DNA of 64,000 nt from an uncultured Gammaproteobacteria bacterium (GTDB taxonomy: Bacteria; Pseudomonadota; Gammaproteobacteria; Steroidobacterales; Steroidobacteraceae). Both the position numbers and the translations under genes were made by a program. Positions 20,843 through 30,593 of the stretch are shown here, in pieces; the stretch's first letter is position 1; every line of letters starts with the position of its first letter. The notes below the pieces were generated by a model that ran no database searches, had not been told where the DNA came from, and saw only the letters and a list, made by a program, of their open reading frames with translations. The DNA lies in assembly GCA_963795475.1 (NCBI GenBank), contig CAWCIE010000012.1:324710-388709 (forward strand), written 5' to 3'.

Positions 20843-21016
20843 CCAAGTTCGGCGATTGGATGATCGAGGCGTTCTGCGACAATCTCCTCGACAGCCACAC
20901 GGTCACGAACTATGAGTGGTCGATCGACTCCGGGGTCCCGGGGACCTCGCCTGGAGCGGGATTTCACCTTCCGTCCGCGTACCTTCGGGCTCACCTTCAC
21001 ATACCGAGGCAAGTAG
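20843..21016 (+). pseudogene. 3'-terminal fragment of a third TonB-dependent receptor paralog (truncated, one frame break)
   Basis: SKFGDWMIEAFCDNLLDSHTVTNYEWSIDSGVPGTSP runs to ~20951, then a shift gives (E)RDFTFRPRTFGLTFTYRGK*. This aligns with the C-termini of both neighbouring TBDRs (...KFGNWNISAFCDNLFNEHPVLNY...FTFRPRTFGVTATFKM). Confidence 0.7.
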
Positions 21017-21254
21017 ACCCGCCGGAGCCAGAGACCTTCGGAGCAGGTAGCCCACCGTAGGTGCGGCGCAACAGATGGCGCCGCACCTGCCTCGCGCCTG
21101 CGCCGCCGGCCCGGGGCGCGCCTCCGCGCGCTTGCCGGGCGCATTCATTACATGACCATACAACAGCAGCTTTCCAGGTTGCGCCCTTTTTACACCGATG
21201 CTACTGTCGAGCGCGCCGGAATTATCTGACCATATAACAAGCCCTGGGGACGTG

Positions 21255-23834
21255 ATGCCAGCCATTCACTCGAAGCCGCTTCCCGCATTGTTCGACCGCC
21301 GATTGTTGTTTTTATCCATCTCCTTGGCCACCGCCACCCTCGCCGCCGGCGGGGCGGTCGCCAGCGAGGCCAACGGCTCGGATACCGGCAACTCCGCCGG
21401 CGCCGCGGCCAACTCCGGGGCGCTCGAGGAAATCGTGGTCACGGCGACCCGGCGCGAGGAAAGCATCAGCAAGGTGCCCATCTCCATCACCGCCATGAGC
21501 CAGGATATGCTCGATCAAAAGGGCATCCGCGACATCACGGAGCTCGTACGCTTCACGCCCGGCGTCTCGATCGACACCTCCGGCACCAATCAGATCTCCA
21601 TCCGCGGCATCTCCTCGTCGGCGGGCGCCGGTACGACCGGCATTTACATCGACGACACGCCGATCCAGATGCGCGAGCTCGGGTTCAATCCCGACGAGAC
21701 GCTGCCGAAGACCTTCGATCTGGACCGCGTGGAGGTGCTGCGCGGGCCGCAGGGAACGCTGTTCGGCTCGGGCTCCGAGGGCGGCACGATCCGCTACATC
21801 ATGACGCAGCCGAGCGTGTCCGAGGAATCGACCTACGTGCGCAGCGAAGCCTCGTATACCGAGTTCGGCCAGCCGAACGGCGAGGTGGGCATCGCCCACG
21901 GCGGCCCCATCATCGACGGTACGCTCGGCTATCGGGCGAGCATCTGGTACCGCTACGACGGCGGCTGGATCAACCGGGTCGACAACGCCGGCAACATCAC
22001 CGAGGCCAATGCGAACTACGCCAACACCACCGCCGCGCGCTTCGCGCTGCTCTGGGAGCCGAGCGAGAACGTGAAGCTGACCCCGAGCGTCATGTTCCAG
22101 AACAAGCAGCAGCACGACCTCTCGACGTACTGGCCGGCCTACTCCGATCCGGCCGCGGGCCGCTTCAACAACGCGACCCCCGAGCTCATCCCGAATCCGG
22201 ACGAGTACTACCTGCCGGCGATCAAGCTGCAGGTCGACTTCTCGCACCTGACCTTCATCTCGAATACCTCGTATTACCATCGCAACGAGACCGATTCCTA
22301 CCAGGGCACGGGCTACGACCTCGCGTTCTATCAGGGGATCGGCTGGCCATATGCCCTGGGCCCCAGCTACACGACTGCGCTCGGTTGCGGCCCGGCCTCC
22401 ACCACCGCCACCGAACCCTGCTCCTGGTATCCGCTGCTCAACGGCTCAGGCATTCACATGCCGCCCGGATTCGCGAATTACGCGACGCCGAACACCATGA
22501 CGAACGATCAGCGCTCCTGGACGCAGGAGTTTCGGCTGCAGTCGAGCGATCCCGATGCGCGCGTCAAATGGACCGCCGGAATCTTCTGGCAGGTGGCGGA
22601 GGAGCTCTCCGTCGAGCAACTCAACGATCCGCACATCAACAGCCTGTTCCAGGCGCTCTACGGAGTCACCGCGGACAGCATCTTCGGGTCCTACTACAAC
22701 TGCCCGCAGGCGGGCTACACCTCGTCCGAGCCGATTCCGAATTGCGACATCTATTACAACTACAACAAGAGCTATGACCGGCAGATCGCGGGGTTCGGCG
22801 AGGCCAGCGTTCGGCTCACCGACACGCTGTCCCTCACTCTGGGAGCGCGGGAATCGAAGCTCGGCTTCTCGCTGAATCACTTCTCGGACGGCTACGAGAA
22901 CTACGGCCCCGTGCCGGCGGCGGGCAAGGCATCGAACACGGCGTTCACTCCGCGCGTGGGTCTCGACTGGCAGATGGATCAGAACAATCTGTTCTACACG
23001 ACCTATGCCAAGGGCTTCCGGCCCGGCGGCTTCAATCCTCCTCTACCGCCGGTGTTCTGCGGTCCCGGACTCATCGCGGACGGCTTCGCGAACGGTCAAT
23101 CACCGGCGACCTACGGTCCGGACAATACCCAGAGCATCGAGATCGGATCGAAGAACAACGTCGAGAACGTATTCAAGATCGCCACCAGCGTGTACTGGAT
23201 CAAGTGGAACAACATCCAGCAGAACGTGTATATTCCGGGGAATTGCGGCCTGCAGTTCACCGACAACCTGGGCACGGCCATCGCGAAGGGGTTCGACGTG
23301 CAGATCGATGCCAACTTGGGCGCGGGATTCTCGCTCGAGTTCTCGGCCGGCTACACCGATGCCCGCTTCACCAAGGACTCGCTCGGCGGACTCGCGCTTC
23401 GGGGCGAGGCGATTTCGGGCAACGCGGCCATCAACTATGCGCCCGGCACCAGTCCCCCGTGGTCCATCGCCGCGGGTCCGCAGTACAGCTTCCAGGCCTT
23501 CCAGCATGATGCCTTCGTGCGCCTCGACTGGGAGTACACCAGCCGCAATCCCTGGCTCGCCCCCGTGCAGGATCCGGCGAACAATGCCCAGTATGAATAC
23601 GGATACTCCTACACGCTGCCGGCCACCAGCTTCGTGTCCACGCGTGCCGGCATGAAGTTCGGCAACTGGAACATATCGGCCTTCTGCGACAACCTGTTCA
23701 ACGAGCACCCGGTGCTCAACTACGCGCAGACGCAGGTGGACGCCTTCAATCCCGCGGGGCCGCCGACACCGCAGGAGAACGACTTCACATTCCGGCCGAG
23801 AACCTTCGGAGTCACGGCAACATTCAAGATGTGA
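21255..23834 (+). CDS. TonB-dependent outer-membrane receptor (intact)
   Basis: Track ORF 21198..23834, trimmed to MPAIHSKPLP... with a signal peptide. The plug domain reads EEIVVTATRREESISKVPISITA...RVEVLRGPQGTLFGSGSEGG. The C-terminal barrel ends ...FRPRTFGVTATFKM. Confidence 0.9.
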   Translation: MPAIHSKPLPALFDRRLLFLSISLATATLAAGGAVASEANGSDTGNSAGAAANSGALEEIVVTATRREESISKVPISITAMSQDMLDQKGIRDITELVRFTPGVSIDTSGTNQISIRGISSSAGAGTTGIYIDDTPIQMRELGFNPDETLPKTFDLDRVEVLRGPQGTLFGSGSEGGTIRYIMTQPSVSEESTYVRSEASYTEFGQPNGEVGIAHGGPIIDGTLGYRASIWYRYDGGWINRVDNAGNITEANANYANTTAARFALLWEPSENVKLTPSVMFQNKQQHDLSTYWPAYSDPAAGRFNNATPELIPNPDEYYLPAIKLQVDFSHLTFISNTSYYHRNETDSYQGTGYDLAFYQGIGWPYALGPSYTTALGCGPASTTATEPCSWYPLLNGSGIHMPPGFANYATPNTMTNDQRSWTQEFRLQSSDPDARVKWTAGIFWQVAEELSVEQLNDPHINSLFQALYGVTADSIFGSYYNCPQAGYTSSEPIPNCDIYYNYNKSYDRQIAGFGEASVRLTDTLSLTLGARESKLGFSLNHFSDGYENYGPVPAAGKASNTAFTPRVGLDWQMDQNNLFYTTYAKGFRPGGFNPPLPPVFCGPGLIADGFANGQSPATYGPDNTQSIEIGSKNNVENVFKIATSVYWIKWNNIQQNVYIPGNCGLQFTDNLGTAIAKGFDVQIDANLGAGFSLEFSAGYTDARFTKDSLGGLALRGEAISGNAAINYAPGTSPPWSIAAGPQYSFQAFQHDAFVRLDWEYTSRNPWLAPVQDPANNAQYEYGYSYTLPATSFVSTRAGMKFGNWNISAFCDNLFNEHPVLNYAQTQVDAFNPAGPPTPQENDFTFRPRTFGVTATFKM

Positions 23835-23877
23835 GTGAGGGCTGACGCGCGGTGGTTCTGCGCTCGGCGACGATGCG

Positions 23878-23911
23878 AAAACGCCGGCAGTGAGCACTGC
23901 CGGCGTTTTTT
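23878..23911. terminator. Bidirectional Rho-independent terminator between the TBDR gene and gabT
   Basis: The sequence is AAAACGCCGGCAG-TGAGCA-CTGCCGGCGTTTTTT. It forms a 10-12 bp GC-rich stem with an A-run on the left and a T6 run on the right, between convergent genes. Confidence 0.8.
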
Positions 23912-23935
23912 AAGCGGCTTTTTCCGCTCCGCACA

Positions 23936-25237
23936 TCAGGCGACGGCGCGTGCCGACTCCATGCCGCACGCCTCCTTGACCGAGGCGCTGAGAATGCCGA
24001 GGCCCTCCTCGAGCACCGCATCGGGGATGGTGAGCGGCGCGAGCAGCCGCACCACGTTCGCCTCCGTGCCGCAGGATAAGAGGAGCAGGCCGCGCTTCTC
24101 CGCCGCCGCCAATATCGCCGCGGTCACTGCCGCATCCGGCTCCTTGCTCTTCGGATCCTTGACCATCTCGAAAGCCACCATCGCACCGAGCCCGCGCACA
24201 TCGCCGATGGCCGGTATCTCCTTCGCCAGAGACTCCAGATGGGAGCGCATCTTCTGACCGACCCGCGTGGCGCGGGCGCACAGCCCCTCGGATTCGATCA
24301 CATCGAGCACCGCGTGAGCCGCGGCGATGCTCAGCGGATTGCCGCCGTAGGTGCCGCCGAGTCCGCCGACATGCGCGCTGTCCATGATCGCCGCGCGGCC
24401 CGTCACGCCCGACAGCGGAAGGCCTCCGCCCAGACCCTTGGCGACGGCGATGAGATCCGGCGTCACGCCCGAATGCTCGATCGAGAACATCTTGCCGGTA
24501 CGCGCGATGCCGCCTTGCACCTCGTCCGCGATCAGCACGATCCCGTGCTCGTCGCAGATCTTTCGCAGTGCGCGCAGGAAATCATAGGGCGCCACGTTGA
24601 ACCCGCCCTCGCCCTGGACCGGCTCGATCACGATGGCCGCGACGGACTTGGGGTCCACGTCGCCGTGGAAAAGGCGATCCAGGTCGGCGAGAGCCTGTTC
24701 GGTGGTCACACCGCGGTACGGCAGAGGAAACTCGGCATGATAGATCTCGGCAGGGAAAGGCCCGAAGCCCTTCTTGTAGGGCATCACCTTGCCCGTGAGC
24801 GCCATGGTCATGAGCGTGCGGCCGTGGAAGCCGCCGGAAAAGGCGATCACCGCTGAGCGATTGGTGTGGTAGCGGGCGATCTTCACCGCATTCTCGAGCG
24901 CCTCGGCACCCGACGACAGGAAAATGGACTTCTTCGGGAAATCGCCTGGGGCGAGCGAATTCAGGCGCTCCGCCAGCCGCACATACGACTCGTAGGACAC
25001 GACGTGGAAACAGGTGTGCGCGAAGGCCTCGGCCTGCTGCGCAACGGCAGCCATGATCTTGGGATGGCGGTGCCCGGTATTCAGTACCGCGATTCCGGCG
25101 GCAAAATCGATGAAATGCCGGCCGTCGACGTCCCATATCTCAGAATTTTCGGCTTTGACCGCGTAGATCCCCTTGCTCGAGACGCCGTTCGCCACGGCCG
25201 CCGCCTTGCGGGCCTTGAGCTCTGAAGATTTCGACAT
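23936..25237 (-). CDS. gabT: 4-aminobutyrate--2-oxoglutarate transaminase
   Basis: Track ORF trimmed to MSKSSELKARKAAAVANGV.... Signatures include ...DFAAGIAVLNTGHRHPK...AFSGGFHGRT...IVIEPVQGEGGF...LIADEVQGGIARTG...KGLGGGLPLSGVTGRA. It is highly similar to E. coli GabT as I remember it. Confidence 0.9.
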   Translation of the reverse strand: MSKSSELKARKAAAVANGVSSKGIYAVKAENSEIWDVDGRHFIDFAAGIAVLNTGHRHPKIMAAVAQQAEAFAHTCFHVVSYESYVRLAERLNSLAPGDFPKKSIFLSSGAEALENAVKIARYHTNRSAVIAFSGGFHGRTLMTMALTGKVMPYKKGFGPFPAEIYHAEFPLPYRGVTTEQALADLDRLFHGDVDPKSVAAIVIEPVQGEGGFNVAPYDFLRALRKICDEHGIVLIADEVQGGIARTGKMFSIEHSGVTPDLIAVAKGLGGGLPLSGVTGRAAIMDSAHVGGLGGTYGGNPLSIAAAHAVLDVIESEGLCARATRVGQKMRSHLESLAKEIPAIGDVRGLGAMVAFEMVKDPKSKEPDAAVTAAILAAAEKRGLLLLSCGTEANVVRLLAPLTIPDAVLEEGLGILSASVKEACGMESARAVA

Positions 25238-25311
25238 CTGCGTCCCTCCAAAATGCGCTGCTGAACCCGCGAACGGTATCATTGGCCGTCATTTTGAGCA
25301 AAACTTGGCCC

Positions 25312-26208
25312 ATGAGCACCGTGAATCCTTCAGCACCATCCACGTTGGATCGTGCCCTCTCTGCCCAGGCCGGCATCACCGCCGGGACCATGACGGTGCG
25401 GGTGGTTCGAACCAGCCTCCAGCACCGGGCAGAGGAAGACGATCGGGTGGCCGTCGAGGCACCGCTGGAGTTTCAGCTGCATCACCCGGCGATGGGCATG
25501 GAGCCGGTCTCCTTCGGAACCACGATGAGGACGCCGGGCGACGACGAATCGCTCGCCGCGGGGCTGCTCTATGGCGAGGGTGTGATCAATGATGCCTCGG
25601 ACATCGAGGCGATCGAATCGAGCACCCGCAAGCCCAACGTGGTGAACGTGCGGCTGCGTCCGAGCGTGCCGCTCGAGCTGCAGGCGGCGTCGCGGCGCTA
25701 CTCGGCGGGTTCGAGCTGCGGGGTCTGCGGCACCACCGGTCTCGATGCCGCCATCGCGAGAGCCGCCGCCACGCGCATCACGGTGAAGGAAGGCATCGAT
25801 TTGTCGGTGCTGTTCGAATTGCCGCAGCGGATGCGCCGGGAGCAGGCAAGATTCGGCGACACGGGCGGCATTCATGCGTCCGCCTTGTTCGATCTGCAGG
25901 GAAACTTGCTGACGGTGGCCGAGGACGTGGGCCGGCACAACGCCTTCGATAAGCTCGTGGGTGAGAACTTGATGGCCGGGCGCCTGCCTCTCTCGAGCCA
26001 CGCCGCGCTGTTGAGCGGACGGGCGAGCTATGAGCTCGTGCAGAAGGCGCTGCGCGCGGGCGTCGCCGTGCTGGCGGCCATCGGCGCACCTTCGAGCCTC
26101 GCGGTAAACCTCGCCGTCGCCTCGGGACTTACGCTGGTAGGGTTCCTGCGCGATGCCAAGTGCAACGTGTACTCAAATCCCCAGCGTCTTACGGGCACCG
26201 GCCACTAA
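25312..26208 (+). CDS. fdhD: Formate dehydrogenase accessory sulfurtransferase FdhD
   Basis: Signatures include ...SSCGVCGTTGLD..., ...GGIHASALF..., ...EDVGRHNAFDKLVG... and ...LLSGRASYELVQKA.... The start could be ATG 25312 or TTG 25282. Confidence 0.85.
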   Translation: MSTVNPSAPSTLDRALSAQAGITAGTMTVRVVRTSLQHRAEEDDRVAVEAPLEFQLHHPAMGMEPVSFGTTMRTPGDDESLAAGLLYGEGVINDASDIEAIESSTRKPNVVNVRLRPSVPLELQAASRRYSAGSSCGVCGTTGLDAAIARAAATRITVKEGIDLSVLFELPQRMRREQARFGDTGGIHASALFDLQGNLLTVAEDVGRHNAFDKLVGENLMAGRLPLSSHAALLSGRASYELVQKALRAGVAVLAAIGAPSSLAVNLAVASGLTLVGFLRDAKCNVYSNPQRLTGTGH

Positions 26209-26388
26209 ACTGCCGTCGACGAGCAGCCAGGAGGAGGTTTTGGCCGCGCTGTCGCTGAGCCACGCCCGGCCGGCCTGGACGGCCTTGACGACGTTTGGGC
26301 AGGAGGCGGCAGACTGAGCCGCGGCGAGGAACGTGCGCCATTCCCGGGTGTTCAGGAACCTGCTCGTACTCTCGAGGGCAACCGGCAT
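26173..26388 (-). CDS. Hypothetical small protein (71 aa) downstream of the DUF883 gene
   Basis: G/C is strongly preferred at the third codon position. The ORF starts 9 nt after the DUF883 stop. I recognise no family. It overlaps the fdhD 3' end by 36 nt (convergent). Confidence 0.35.
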   Translation of the reverse strand: MPVALESTSRFLNTREWRTFLAAAQSAASCPNVVKAVQAGRAWLSDSAAKTSSWLLVDGSLVAGARKTLGI

Positions 26389-26397
26389 GGCTCGCTC

Positions 26398-26712
26398 CTA
26401 ATCGTCTGTCCAGGTCTCGCTCAGGTGGCGCTGAGAGCCGCGGCGCGACAAGAGGTAGCCGAGCGTCACGCCGAGCATCGCCATCACTCCGAGAGCTTGC
26501 CAGGGATTGTCGCGCACATAGTCATCGGCGCTGCTCACGAAGTCGCGCGCCTTTTGCACCCAATTCTCGGAGGCATCCATCAGCGGATCGATCACGGATG
26601 CGAGAGTGGGAGAGGAGGTCGACCCCAATCCTCCGACGTGCAAATCCTTTTTTGCTGCCGCATTGTTCAGGCTCGCCAACATGAGACCTCCATCACTTGG
26701 ATCTTGTGCCAC
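26398..26712 (-). CDS. DUF883 (ElaB/YqjD/YgaM) family C-tail-anchored stress protein
   Basis: The C-terminus ...DDYVRDNPWQALGVMAMLGVTLGYLLSRR is the family signature. The start may instead be the internal MLASLNNAAAKK. Confidence 0.75.
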   Translation of the reverse strand: MAQDPSDGGLMLASLNNAAAKKDLHVGGLGSTSSPTLASVIDPLMDASENWVQKARDFVSSADDYVRDNPWQALGVMAMLGVTLGYLLSRRGSQRHLSETWTDD

Positions 26713-26868
26713 TTAGACCTGCACCACATGAACCTTGCATCACTCAAAACTGCATCACTCAAAACTCGCTTGCCTCGGATTATCGCGGCGTACGGCTCGG
26801 ATACGCAGCGGCCGACAACGCGGACTTGCGTAGGAATTCACCCACGGGGTCCGGCCGACGGGCGAAGA

Positions 26869-27663
26869 TCAATTGACCTGGTATCCGCGTCCGGTGAGAC
26901 ACGCGGCCATGGCGCGATTGTAGTTGCCATGGGCGCGATCCGCGTCGGCCGGCGATAAGCCGCCGCCGGGTTGGGTCGGATCGAAGCCGGTCTGACCCTT
27001 CGCCCAGTTGTAGCATTCGTATTGATCGGCAGCCTGTTGATCCTTCGATTGCCCGTTCGCGGGGTACACGATCAGATCACTCGGCGCCGCAGGCGGTGGA
27101 GCGGCGTCCGGCTGCATCTGGCCGGGATCGCCGCCGTCCGGGGGCGGAGCACCGTCGGGCGGCGCCACCACGGCATAGCCGTTTTGGTCCGGTTGCCAGG
27201 TGTAATACACATTGTCGGCGTAGTAGTAGGGGACTCCCGCCACCCAAACAGTGGAGTAGTAGCCCGGTAGCGCCGAGATGACCAGGCCCACCGGCGGCGT
27301 CACCACGACGAATGCCCCGGCGCGCGGCGCGTACCATACGCCCCCGCTGAAATAGTACGGTGCCCCGCCGCGGTAGTACGGACGATAGTCGGGAGGCAGG
27401 GTGCGTGCGGCGGTGCCTACCGGCGCGTAGAAACGGCCATGATTGTAGCGCGCATCCATGACTTGCCCGCGCCCGTCCACGATCGGGCGTCCCGGCGCAC
27501 TCGGCTGGAAAGTTGACGGCCGCGCCGGCGCAGGATGCGCCGCCTGAGCCCGGGGAGCCCCCTCGGGTCGAGCCTTCGGCTCTTGTGCAGAGGCACTCTG
27601 CGCGCCCCAAGCCGCGGTCGCCATCATGACCAGAGCCGCCCGCATCATTCGATTGGCATTCAT
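26869..27663 (-). CDS. Secreted Tyr/Pro-rich protein (DUF6515-like region) with a C-terminal Cys-containing module
   Basis: Track ORF trimmed to MNANRMMRAALVMMATAAWGAQSASA (a signal peptide). The middle region reads ...YYRGGAPYYFSGGVWYAP...VWVAGVPYYYADNVYYTWQP. The C-terminal module is VYPANGQSKDQQAADQYECYNWA...NRAMAACLTGRGYQVN. Confidence 0.7.
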   Translation of the reverse strand: MNANRMMRAALVMMATAAWGAQSASAQEPKARPEGAPRAQAAHPAPARPSTFQPSAPGRPIVDGRGQVMDARYNHGRFYAPVGTAARTLPPDYRPYYRGGAPYYFSGGVWYAPRAGAFVVVTPPVGLVISALPGYYSTVWVAGVPYYYADNVYYTWQPDQNGYAVVAPPDGAPPPDGGDPGQMQPDAAPPPAAPSDLIVYPANGQSKDQQAADQYECYNWAKGQTGFDPTQPGGGLSPADADRAHGNYNRAMAACLTGRGYQVN

Positions 27664-27668
27664 GGCGT

Positions 27669-28247
27669 TCAATTGACAGTGTAGCCGCGGCCCTGCAAAC
27701 AGGCGGTCAACGCGCGGCGGTACGAGTCCGCCCGCGCCCGCGAGGCAGCCATCTGTTCCGCGGTCTGCTGGTTGATTTGGTTCTGGGCCTGCCGAGCCTG
27801 GGCCTGCGCATTCGCATCGGCCGCGGAGCCGACGACGGCGCCTGTGGCCGCACCCAGCACGAGGCCTGCACCGGCGTTGCGCGGTCCGGCGAGAATCGAG
27901 CCCAGAATCGCTCCCCCGATCGCTCCGACGGCCACGCCGCTGCCGGGCGGATTCGCCGGCTGAACGACGACCCGCTCCGCGGGCGGAGCGTCCGGACGGC
28001 TTGGGTCGACGCCGGTCTGCTGAACCGCCCAGGTATGGCATTCGTACCGGTCGCGGTCGGTCTGCTCGGCAGACTGCCCGTTGTTGGGATAGACGAATAC
28101 CTTCTGCGGCGGGGGCGGGGGCGGCGCCTGAACCGCGACGACGCGCGGCGGCGGCGTCACGCAGGCGGTCAGGACCAAAGCCGAGGCGAGCATCGCGCCG
28201 GCCCGAATCGCCACCGTCGATCGTCTAGAAAAGTCAAGAATTGTCAT
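27669..28247 (-). CDS. Lipoprotein with the same Cys module, split by a glycine-zipper segment
   Basis: The N-terminus is MTILDFSRRSTVAIRAGAMLASALVLTAC (a lipobox). The module begins VYPNNGQSAEQTDRDRYECHTWA. A glycine zipper follows (GSGVAVGAIGGAILGSILAG...GLVLGAATGAVVG), and the protein ends ...YRRALTACLQGRGYTVN. Confidence 0.7.
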   Translation of the reverse strand: MTILDFSRRSTVAIRAGAMLASALVLTACVTPPPRVVAVQAPPPPPPQKVFVYPNNGQSAEQTDRDRYECHTWAVQQTGVDPSRPDAPPAERVVVQPANPPGSGVAVGAIGGAILGSILAGPRNAGAGLVLGAATGAVVGSAADANAQAQARQAQNQINQQTAEQMAASRARADSYRRALTACLQGRGYTVN

Positions 28248-28316
28248 GAGCTTACAACCTCTGAATCCCTGTTCCATCAACGCAAATCCTGTCGACTAGT
28301 TGACAGCCGGAACGCG

Positions 28317-29099
28317 TCAAGGTTTGACGGGTTTGCGGAATTTCAAGATGAATTGATCGGTGCGGCCGCGGATCGAGGGATCGAACACCTTTGCCGTACG
28401 CGGATCCGATGGCCGGTGCAACAGATTGCTGCTGCCGACGAATTCGAAGCCTGCGGCGAGCACTTCCTGTTTCACCACCTTCGGGTCGATCCTGTGCAAT
28501 GTCGCCGTGACCCCGATCCCAGCCCCCGGCACCGAGGAATGATCCAGGATGAGGTAGATGCCTCCCGGCTTGAGCGCCTCGAATACCATTTGATTGAACA
28601 CCGTGAGATTCAGGCCCGGGAGATTGTGCAGATCGTGATAGTTCTGGGAGGTCCACACCAGATCCACCGGTTCGGGCGTTTTCAACTCGGCGAACGGCTC
28701 GACCACCACGCTGACATTGGAATAGTTGGGGTCCGCGGCAATTGCCTTGACCCGCGCCGCGAAATCCGGGGCATCGGCCGGCGCATCGGGACGCGGCGCC
28801 GGTACGAGCGCATAGACGTGGCCCGTGCTTCCCACGGTCTTGCTGATGATGCGCGTGAAGTATCCGCCGCCCGGCAACAGCTCCGCGACCTTCAGTCCGG
28901 GTTTGAGCCCGGCGAACTCGAGCGTCTCGGCGGGTTTGCGGTTCACGTCGCGCTCGACATCGGCGGCTGGACGGGCGGGATCGGCAACGGCAGCCGTCAG
29001 ATAGTCGGGAAGCGGCGGCGCCTGCGCCGCCGGCACCCGGGCCGCGGCCAGGATGATGCCGGCCAGCAGTGCCGACCGGCCGATCGTATGGCGAATCAT
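28317..29099 (-). CDS. Class I SAM-dependent methyltransferase-fold protein with an N-terminal signal peptide
   Basis: The N-terminus is MIRHTIGRSALLAGIILAAARVPAAQA. The SAM motif I-like segment is KVAELLPGGGYFTRII. Further on it reads ...VDLVWTSQNYHDLHN...LKPGGIYLILDH. Confidence 0.7.
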   Translation of the reverse strand: MIRHTIGRSALLAGIILAAARVPAAQAPPLPDYLTAAVADPARPAADVERDVNRKPAETLEFAGLKPGLKVAELLPGGGYFTRIISKTVGSTGHVYALVPAPRPDAPADAPDFAARVKAIAADPNYSNVSVVVEPFAELKTPEPVDLVWTSQNYHDLHNLPGLNLTVFNQMVFEALKPGGIYLILDHSSVPGAGIGVTATLHRIDPKVVKQEVLAAGFEFVGSSNLLHRPSDPRTAKVFDPSIRGRTDQFILKFRKPVKP

Positions 29100-29201
29100 G
29101 GTCTTCTCCCCGTTGGCGTTGATGGTTTGACGCGAATTCTATCATCAGCGCCCTCCCCCGCAGCCGCGTAGAATTCGGAGTCTCCCTCAAGGAAGGTTCC
29201 C

Positions 29202-30566
<1,365 letters not shown>

Positions 30567-30593
30567 CCCAAATTCGGAAGGCTCCTCGGCCCG

